Source of the DNA: Octopus sinensis
Taxonomy: Eukaryota
Assembly (NCBI RefSeq): GCF_006345805.1
Contig: NW_021833923.1
Coordinates: 1 to 49,941 of the forward strand
Direction: 5' to 3'
DNA: 49,941 bases
Under the pieces are notes generated by a model. That model made no database searches, was not told the origin of the DNA, and saw nothing but the letters and a program-made list of their open reading frames with translations. Made by a program: the position numbers and the translations under genes. Below, piece after piece: positions 1 through 10,030 of this stretch (the first letter of the stretch is position 1; every line of letters begins with the position of its first letter).

Positions 1-183
1 CTAACCCTAAACCCTAACCCTAACCCTAACCCTAACCCAAACCTAACCCCTAACCCTAACCCAACCCCTACCCTTAAACCCTAACCCAACCCTAACCTTA
101 AACCTAACCCCAACCCTAACCCTAACCTAACCCCCTAACCTAACCCCACCTAACCCTAAACCAACCCCCTAACCCTAAACCCC
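1..183. repeat. Terminal telomeric repeat (CCCTAA)n (TTAGGG on minus strand), about 6 perfect units then degenerate
   Basis: Window opens with ctaaccctaaccctaaccc... and decays into variants such as cccaaa, cccctaa, ccttaa. C-rich strand faces the window start, as expected for a left chromosome end. Confidence 0.95.
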
Positions 184-1625
184 AATCGTAACGAATAACA
201 TGTAAGGGAAGTAACTCTGGATAATGTTCTACTCTCTAAGTTACTTCCCTTGAATCCTATAATTTAAAAATACATAACAGTAACTTAATTAGATTGAAGG
301 GAGGTAACTCTGAGATATTTTTTAAAATTATTTCCCTTTCTAGAGTTAGTTTACGGGCATGTTATTATTAATTATAATATGCAAGGTAAGTAACTCTACG
401 AAGGAAGACAACTCCTAAATCTTCGAGAGTTACTTCCCTCACATCTAATTAAATTACTATTATATATTATTAAATTATAATATTCAAGGGGAATAACTCT
501 AGAAAGGGAGATAACTAACCCTAACCCAAGCCCTAACCTTAAATCCTAACCCCAACCTTATCCCTAAACCTAACCCCCTAACCCTAAACCAAAATCGTAA
601 CGTAATAACATGTAAGGGAAGTAACTCTGGGTAATGTTCTACCTCTCTAGAGTTACTTCCCTTGAATCTTATAAATTAAAAATTCATAGCAGTAACTAAT
701 TAGATTGAAGGGAGGAAACTCTGGGATATTTTTCTTTAATTATTTCCCTTTCTAGAGTTACTCCCCTGGCATATAATTATTAATTGTAATATGCAAGGTA
801 AGTAACTCTACGAAGGAAGACAACTCCTAAATCTTCGAGAGTTTTTTCCCTCACATCTAATTAAATTACCATTATGTATTATTAAATTGTAATATTCAAG
901 GGGAATAACTCAAGAAAGGGAGATAACTAACCCTAACCTAACCCCTAACCTTAAATCCTAACCCCAACCTTATCCCTAAACCTAACCCCCTAACCCTAAA
1001 CCCGAATCGTAACGTAATAACATGTAAGGGAAGTAACTCTGGATAATGTTCTACCTTTCTAGAGTTACTTCCCTTGAATCTTATAATTTAAAAATACATA
1101 ACAGTAACTTAATTAGATTGGACGGAGGTAACTCTGGGATATGTTTTAAAATTATTTCCCTTTCTAGAGTTACTCTAATGGCATATTATTATTAATTATA
1201 ATATGCAAGGTAAGTAACTCTACGAAGGAAGACAACTCCTAAATCATCGAGAGTTACTTCCGTCACATCTAATTAAATTACTATTATGTATTATTAAATT
1301 ATAATATTCAAGGGGAATAACTCTAGAAAGGGAGATAACTAACCCTAACCGAAGCCCTAACCTTAAATCCTAACCCCAACCTTATCCGTAAACCTAACCC
1401 CCTAACCCTAAGCCTAAATCGTAACGTAAATAACATGTAAGGGAAGTAACTCTGGATAATGTTCTACCTTTCTAGAGTTACTTCCCTTGAATCTTATAAT
1501 TTAAAAATACATAACAGTAACTTAATTAGATTAAAGGGAGGTAACTCTGGGATATTTTTTTAATTATTTCCCTTTCTAGAGTTACTCCCCTGGCATATTT
1601 TAATATTCAAGGGGAATAACTCTGG
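184..1625. repeat. Subtelomeric tandem repeat, ~410-bp unit, ~3.5 copies, each with internal inverted motifs and a ~75-bp telomere-like tract
   Basis: aatcgtaacg recurs with its first t at 186, 595, 1007 and 1419 (periods 409, 412, 412). Telomere-like tracts at ~515-590, ~927-1003 and ~1339-1415. Confidence 0.93.
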
Positions 1626-1734
1626 GAAGGAAGAAAACTAAAAAATCTTCAAATGTTACCTCCCTTACATTTAGTTTAAAATGTATTTTGGAAGCTAATT
1701 ACCTCTACACTATAATGCTTACTCTTTTCGTTGT

Positions 1735-1905
1735 TTTGTCATTTCACTGTGCCGATCCTGGGGCACAGCCTTTTCTAGAGCAAATCGACACGAAGACTTA
1801 TCTACGTCAGTGTAGTATTAATTCTATTGGTCTTCTTTTCCCGAATGGATAAGTTAATGGAGTGTTAAAAACACCTGCATTGGTTGTCAAGCGGTTTTGG
1901 TGACA
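1735..1905 (+). mobile_element. Degenerate copy of an abundant dispersed repeat (probable SINE)
   Basis: catttcactgtgccgatcctggggcacagcc...gcaaatcgac...ttggttgtcaagcgg aligns by eye with copies at 37930-38130 and 38430-38625, and is followed by a CA/TA tract. Family assignment is from recall of octopus repeats, not a search. Confidence 0.65.
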
Positions 1906-1964
1906 CCGAAACATACACACATATACATATATATAAATATCTTTATGTATATACATGTTTGTCG

Positions 1965-3075
1965 CTCCCAACACAAAATTGCAGACATAACCTTCACAGC
2001 CACTGACATCGTAGCAGCAATAAATGAGGTCAAATACTACTCTGCCGTATTGTACGTCAGTCTCCTGATGGAAAGTAAACACCAACTTGCTGTCCGACTG
2101 ACCAACCTATGGAGAAATTCATTAGATGCAGGTTATATACCAGAACAGTTTCTATCCCAGTCAGTCATCCCGGTTTTCAAACAGGGAAACAGGTCCCTCG
2201 CACTCAACTATCGCCCAATCTCACTCACCTCCCACATCATCAAAGTGTTTGAAAGTGTGTTAAGATCAAGTATGGCTGACTTCCTGGAGACCCAGAAACT
2301 ACTAGATGCAAATCAGCATGGCTTTCGCTGTGGCAGGGACTGTCTAAAACAGCTCTTACACCAAATTGAAGATGTACTCAAAGCCTTGGGAACAGGTTCG
2401 AACTCTGATGTCATATATCTTGACTTCAGTAAAGCATTCGACAGGGTAAACCATACTACCCTACTCTCAAAATTGGCAAATGTTGGAATCCGTGGAAAAG
2501 TTCTACACTGGATCAAGAATTTTCTGGCGAATACAACACATGTTGTAGTTGATGGAATCCATTCCAGCCCAGCAAAAGTCACCAGCGATGTCCCCCAGCG
2601 GACTCTCTTGGGTCCGCTACTCTTCGTAATCTACATAAACGACCAGTGTCATACATTACTGCAAAGTGAAAATATTTGCTGATGACAAGCTCCGACAAAT
2701 AATCAATGAAGAAGCAGACCGAACTCAACTCCAGTCTGATGTATATGCTGTGAGTCAATGGGCAAACAAAAAATGCAACTAAACGACGGAAAATTTGAGC
2801 TGATGCATTCTGGAAGAAACTCCTCAAAAAACAGCTATACTCTCTTCCTTAAGGGGAACCGCTCACACAGATTCTAACAATATCAGAGATCTGGGTGTAA
2901 TTGTTGATGACGCTCTCACTTGAAATGCACACAATATAGGTCGATATAGGTCGTAGGATGAGTTCCTGGATATTAAGAACTCTCCGGTCCAGAGAACAAG
3001 GTGTCATCATACCACTTTTTTCCTCCTTTGTACGGCCATTACTCGAATACTGCTGCTTATCATATTCAATGAGAA
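1965..3075 (+). pseudogene. Non-LTR retrotransposon reverse transcriptase fragment (CR1/L2-like), frameshifted
   Basis: ORF 1897-2682 contains NYRPISLTSHIIKVFE, NQHGFR, DVIYLDFSKAFDRV and VPQ.TLLGPLLFVIYIND. After a frameshift near 2645 it continues KVKIFADD...QWA and later FVRPLLEYC. The ORF N-terminus is SINE/microsatellite read-through. Confidence 0.9.
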
Positions 3076-3179
3076 ATTGTGTTTCAAACCAATGAAGTTT
3101 TGAACGGTTTAAAGCGCAATTTTTACAGTAAACAAAGTGCAAGTTTTGAGGTAAGAACAAAAATGACGTAAATAACATA

Positions 3180-3660
3180 AGAAAACACAAAACCGTTGTA
3201 AAGGTTAAAAAGAATTTGTTACAGAAAAAACCGTAAACAACGGAAAAAGAGAACGATTGTAAAAGTTATTAGGAAATGTATATAGTAATAAAGTACTATA
3301 GGTTCAAAGCGGAATTTGTCAGTGAACGAAAGAGCTAGTATAGAAGAAAGTACAAAGAAAGCAAAACCGTTGTTACAGTAAATAAGAAATGTTTACAGAA
3401 ACTAATGTATGAAACGGTATAAAAAAAAATTTCTCAGTGAATATGAAAGCCAGCATCGAAGCAAGTAGAAGAAAGCCGTAAACAACAGAAAAACAGAAAA
3501 CCGTTGCTATAGTAAATACGAAATTTTTACATTAACTGAAGTATTAAACGTCTTGAAGCTCAATTTCTTAGTGAACTATTTATTGAAGAAACGATAAAAA
3601 ATCCGTAAAGAACAGAAACGCAAAACCGCTGTAAAAGCAAATATATTTAGGAAAGAAATG
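3180..3660. repeat. Highly degenerate A-rich tandem-like repeat
   Basis: aaaaccgttg or aaaaccgctg at ~3190, 3364, 3498 and 3623; ccgtaaa(c/g)aac at ~3231, 3476 and 3603. Spacing irregular, 125-175 bp. Confidence 0.45.
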
Positions 3661-3679
3661 ACAAAATTCATGTTGTTTG

Positions 3680-5450
3680 ACATTTTTCAACCTGAAAACT
3701 TTTGCGATTCTAGTGATCTCTTGGATACATATATGCTTGTTATTAATCAGTTAACTTATATTTAACCAAGAAATCACTAAATTTCTTTGTTGTTTATGCA
3801 ATATTTTGACATTTTCTAAACTAAAAACTTTTATAAGCTTATTAACAATCAGTTAATTTTGCTGAGATCACTAAATATTTTGTTGATTTTCAAGTACACA
3901 TATTTTGATATTTTCTAACCTAAAAACTTTTGAGATTTTAGGAAACTCATGGATAAATAAAAGCTTTTTATCAATCACTTAACTTATATTTAGCTGAGTT
4001 CACTAAATTTTTTGTTGTCTTTCAAGTATACATATGCAATATTTTGAAATTTTAGAACCTATATACATTTAAGACTTTAGTGATCCCTTGGATAAATATA
4101 AGCTTTTTATCAATCAGTTAACTTATATTTAGCTAAAAGATCATAAAATTTTTTGTTGATTTTCAAGTACACATGCAATATTTTCACATTTTACAACCTG
4201 AAAACTTCTGCGATTTTAGTGATCACTTGAGTAAATAAAAGCTTTTTATCAATCAGTTAACTTATATTTAGCTAAGAGTTCATTAAATTTTTTGTTGTCT
4301 TTCAAGTATACATATGCAATATTTTAAAATTTTAGAACCTATATACATTTAAGACTTTAGTGATCCCTTGGATAAATATAAGCTTTTTATCAATCAGTTA
4401 ACTTATATTTAGCTAAAAGATCATAAAATTTTTTGTTGTTTTTCAATTACACATGCAATATTTTGACATTTTACAACCTGAAAACATGCGATTTTAGTGA
4501 TCACTTAAGTAAATAAAAGCTTTTTATCAATCACTTAACTTATATTTAGCTGAGTTCACTAAATTTTTTGTTGTCTTTCAAGTATACATATGCAATATTT
4601 TGAAATTTTAGAACCTATATACATTTAAGACTTTAGTGATCCCTTGGATAAATATAAGCTTTTTATCAATTTTTTGTTGTTTTTCAATTACACATGCAAT
4701 ATTTTGACATTTTACAACCTGAAAACATGCGATTTTAGTGATCACTTAAGTAAATAAAAGCTTTTTATCAATCACTTAACTTATATTTAGCTAAGAGTTC
4801 ACTAAATTTTTTGTTGTCTTTCAAGTATACATATGCAATATTTTGAAATTTTAGAACCTATATACATTTAAGACTTTAGTGATCCCTTGGATAAATATAA
4901 GCTTTTTATCAATCAGTTAACTTATATTTAGCTAAAAGATCATAAAATTTTTTGTTGTTTTTCAATTACACATGCAATATTTTGACATTTTACAACCTGA
5001 AAACATGCGATTTTAGTGATCACTTAAGTAAATAAAAGCTTTTTATCAATCACTTAACTTATATTTAGCTAAGAGTTCACTAAATTTTTTGTTGTCTTTC
5101 AAGTACACATATGCAATATTTTGACATTTTACAACTTATATACTATATACATATGCAATATTTTGACATTTTATAACGTGAAAACTGTTGCGATTTTAGT
5201 GATCTCTTATATAAATATAAGTTTTTGATGAATCACTTAACATATTTAGCAAAGAGATTACTTAGTTTTTTATTGTTCTTCAAGTACACATATGCAATAT
5301 TTTAACATTTGATAACCTGGAAACATTGCGATTTTAGTGATCTCTTCGATAAATATAAGCTTCTTATCAATCATTTAACTTATACTTGGCTAAGACATCA
5401 CTAATTTTTTGTTGTTTTTTAAGTACACATATGCAATATTTTGACATTGT
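3680..5450. repeat. AT-rich satellite, ~140-bp monomer arranged as an A/B dimer (~280 bp)
   Basis: ataaatataagc at 4092, 4372, 4648 and 4891 (last interval shortened by a deletion near 4670), alternating with a gtaaataaaagc monomer. Shared core ttatcaatca(g/c)ttaacttatatttagct. Confidence 0.9.
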
Positions 5451-5454
5451 CAAC

Positions 5455-8400
5455 TAGGCTTGTATGGAGGCATGATGTTTGAACGAGGCCTCTTTCCATA
5501 GACGCATGATGTGTGAACGAGGCATGTTTGTATGGACGCATGATGTGTGAAGGTGGCATGATGTATAGACGCTTAATGTGTGAACGAGGCATGTTTGTAT
5601 GGAGGCATGATGTTTGAACGAGGCTGTTTGTATAGATGCATGATGTGTGAACGATGTTCGTTTGTATGGACGCATGATGTGTGATCAAGGCTTCTTTGTA
5701 TGGATGCATGTTGTTTGAACGCGGAATGTTTGTACAGACGGATAATGTGTGAACGAGGTTTATTTCTTTGGACGCATGATGGTTTAAACAAGTATAAACG
5801 CATGATTTGTGGACGAGGCTTGTTTGTATAAACGCATGATGGGTTAACGTTTCTTGTTTCTATGGACGCATGAATCGTTCACAGATCATGCGGCCATACA
5901 AACAAGCCTCGTTCACACATCATGCGTTCATACAAAGTAGCCTCGTTCACAAATCATGCGTGAATACAAACATACCTCGTTCACACATCATACAAACAGG
6001 CCTCGTTCACACATGAAGCGTTCATACAAACATGCCTCGTTCACAGATTATGCGTCCATACAAACAAGCCTCATTCACACATCATGTGTGCAAGCAAACA
6101 TGTCTCGTTCACACATCAATTGTCCATACAAACATACCTCGTTCACAAATTATGCGTCTGTAGAAACAAGCCTCGCTCACCCATCATGCGTGCATAGAAA
6201 TAAGCCCCGTTAATTTATGATGTGAGACGCATGACGTTTGGACGGGGCATATTTGTATGGACGCATGATGTGTGAACGAGGCTTGTTTCTATGGCGGCAT
6301 GATGTGTGTATGTGACTTGTCTCTATGGACGCATCATGGTATAAACAAGTATAAACTAGTATGGACGCATGATGTGTGAACGAGGCATATATGTTTGGAC
6401 GCATGATATGAGAAGGAGGCATGTTTGTATAAACGCATGATGTGTGAACGAGACTACTTTGTATAAACGCATGATTTGAGAACCAGGCTTGTTTGTATGG
6501 AAGCATGATTTGTGAACGAGGTTTGTTTGTATGGACGCATGATGGGTGAACGAGGCTTGTTTCTACAGATGCATGAACCGTTCACAAATCATGCGTCCAT
6601 ACAAACAAGCCTCGTTCACACATCGAGCATCGATACAAACATGCCTCGTCCATACATCATGCGTGCAAACAAACAGTCCTCGTTCACACATCAAGCGTCC
6701 ATACAAACATGCCTCGTTCACACATTATGCATCCATACAAAGAAGCCTCGCTCACCCATCATGCGTGCATACAAACAAGCCTTGTTCACACATCATGCGT
6801 CCATACAAACAGGCCTCGTTCACACATCAAGCGTTCATACAAACATGCTACGTTCACAGATTATGCGTCCATACAAACAAGCCTCATTCACACATCATGT
6901 GTGCAAGCAAACATGCCTCGCTCACCCATCATGCGTGCATAGAAACAAGCCTCGTTAATTTATGATATGTCACACATGACGTTTGGACGGGGCATATTTG
7001 TATGGACGCATGATGTGTGAACGAGGCTTGTTTCTATGGCGGCATGATGTGTGTACGTGACTTGTCTCTATGGACGCATCATGGTATAAACAAATATAAA
7101 CTAGTATGGACGCATGATGTGTGAACGAGGCATATTTGTTTGGACGCATGATATGAGAAGGGGGCAGTTTTGTATAAACGCATGATTTGAGAACCAAGCA
7201 TGTTTGTATGGAAGCATGATTTGTGAACGAGGTTTGTTTGTATGGACGCATGATGGGTGAACGAGGCTTGTTTCTACGGATGCATGAACCGTTCACAAAT
7301 CATGCGTCCATATAGATAAGCCTCGTTCACACATCATGCGTCCATACAAACAAGGCCCGTTCACACTTCATGCGTCCATACAAACAGGCCTCGTTAACAC
7401 ATCGAGCATCGATACGAACATGCCTCGTCCATACATCATGCGTGCAAACAAACAGGCCTCGTTCACACATCAAGCGTCCATACAAACATGCCTCGTTCAC
7501 ACATTATGCGTCCATACAAAGAAGCCTCGCTCACCCATCATGCATGCATACAAACAAGCATCGTTAATCCATGGTATGTGAATGAGGCATGTTTGTATGA
7601 ACGAGGCTTGTTTGTATGGACGCAAGATGTGTGAACGAGGTTTGTTTGTATGGATGCTTGTATGAATAAAGCCTCATTCACTCATCATGTGTGCAAGCAA
7701 ACATGCCTCGTTCACACATCAATTGTCCATACAAACATACCTCGTTCACAAATTATGCGTCTGTAGAAACAAGCCTCGCTCACCCATCATGCGTGCATAG
7801 AAACAAGCCTCGTTAATTTATGATGTGTGACGCATGACGTTTGGACGGGGCATATTTGTATGGACGCATGATGTGTGAACGAGGCTTGTTTCTATGGCGG
7901 CATGATGTGTGTACGTGACTTGTCTTTATGGACGCATCATGGTATAAACAAGTATAAACTAGTATGGACGTATGATGTGTGAACGCGGCATATTTGTTTG
8001 GACGCATGATATGAGAAGGAGGCAGGTTTGTATAAACGCATGATGTGTGAACGAGACTACTTTGTATGGACGCATGATTTGAGAACCAGGCTTGTTTGTA
8101 TGGAAGCATGATTTGTGAACGAGGTTTGTTAGTATGGACGCATGATGGGTGAACGAGGCTTGTTTCTACGGATGCATGAACCGTTCACAAATCATGCGTC
8201 CATACAGATAAGCCTCGTTCACACATCATGCGTCCATACAAACAAGGCCCGTTCACACATCATGCGTCCATACAAACAAGCCTCGTTCACACATCGAGCA
8301 TCGATACAAACATGCCTCGTCCATACATCATGCGTGCAAACAAACAGGCCTCGTTCACACATAAAGCGTCCATACAAACATGCCTCGTTCACACATTATG

Positions 8401-10030
8401 CGTCCATACAAAGAAGCCTCGCTCACCCATCATGCGTGCATACAAACAAGCATCGTTAATCCATGGTATGTGAACAAGGCATGTTTGTATGAACGAGGCT
8501 TGTTTGTATGGACGCAAGATGTGTGAACGAGGCTTCTTTGTATGGATGCTTGTATGAATAAATCTTGTTTGTATGGACGCATGATTTGTGAACGAGGCTA
8601 ATTTGTTATGAGGCATGATTTGAGAACGAGGCTTGTTTTTATGGACGCATGATTTGTGGACGAGGCTTGTTTGTATGGACGCATGAATCGTTCACAGATC
8701 ATGCGGCCATACAAACAAGCCTCGTTCACACATCATGCGTTCATACAAAGAAGCCTCGTTCATAAATCATGCGTGAATACAAACAGGCCTCGTTCACACA
8801 TCAAGCGTTCATACAAACATGCCTCGTTCACACATCATGTGTGCAAGCAAACATGCCTCGTTCACACATCAATTGTCGATACAAACATACCTCGTTCACA
8901 CATTATGCGCCTGTAGAAACAAGCCTCGCTCACCCATCATGCGTGCATAGAAACAAGCCTCGTCAATTTATGACGTGTGACGCATGACGTTTGGACGGGG
9001 CATATTTGTATGGACGCATGATGTGTGAACGAGGCTTGTTTCTATGGAGGCATGATGTGTGTACGAGGCATGTTTGTTTGCACGCATGATGTATGCACGA
9101 GGCATGTTTGTATCGATGCTCGATGTGTGAACGAGGCTTGTTTGTATGGACGCATGATGTGTGAACGGGCCTTGTTTGTATGGACGCATGATGTGTGAAC
9201 GAGGCTTGTCTGTATGGACGCATGATTTCTGAACGGTTCATGCATCCGTAGAAACAAGCCTCGTTCACCCATCATGCGTCCATACAAAGAAACCTCGTTC
9301 ACAAATCATGCTTCCATACAAACAAGCCTGGTTCTCAAATCATGCGTCCATACAAAGTAGTCTTGTTCACACATCATGCGTTTATACAAACCTGCCTCCT
9401 TCTCATATCATGCGTCCATACAAACATGCCTCTTTCACAAATCATGCGTCCATACTAGTTTATACTTGTTTATACCATGATGCGTCCATAAACTAGTATG
9501 GACGCATGATTTGTGAAAGAGGCATGTTTGTATGGACGCATGATATGAGAAGGAGGCAGGTTTGTATAAACGCATGATGTGTGAACGAGACTACTTTGTA
9601 TGGACGCATGATTTGAGAACCAGGCTTGTTTGTATGGAAGCATGATTTGTGAACGAGGTTTCTTTGTATGGACGCATGATGGGTGAACGAGGCTTGTTTC
9701 TACGGATGCATGAACCGTTCACAAATCATGCGTCCATACAGACAAGCCTCGTTCACACATCATGCGTCCATACAAACAAGGCCCGTTCACACATCATGCG
9801 TCCATACAAACAAGCCTCGTTCACACATCGAGCATCGATACAAACATGCCTCGTCCATACATCATGCGTGCAAACAAACATGCCTCGTTCACACATTATG
9901 CGTCCATACAAACAAGCCTCACTCACCCATCATGCGTGCATACAAACAAGCATTGTTAATCCATGATATGTGAACGAGGCATGTTTGTATGAACGAGACT
10001 TGTTTGTATGGACGCATGATGTGTGAACGA
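5455..10030. repeat. 34-bp minisatellite, diverged, in about 14 blocks of alternating orientation
   Basis: Consensus CATCATGCGTCCATACAAACAAGCCTCGTTCACA and its reverse complement alternate. Switches near 5872, 6210, 6575, 6956, 7284, 7566, 7665, 7815, 8178, 8459, 8687, 8965, 9234, 9490, 9713 and 9960. Confidence 0.93.
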
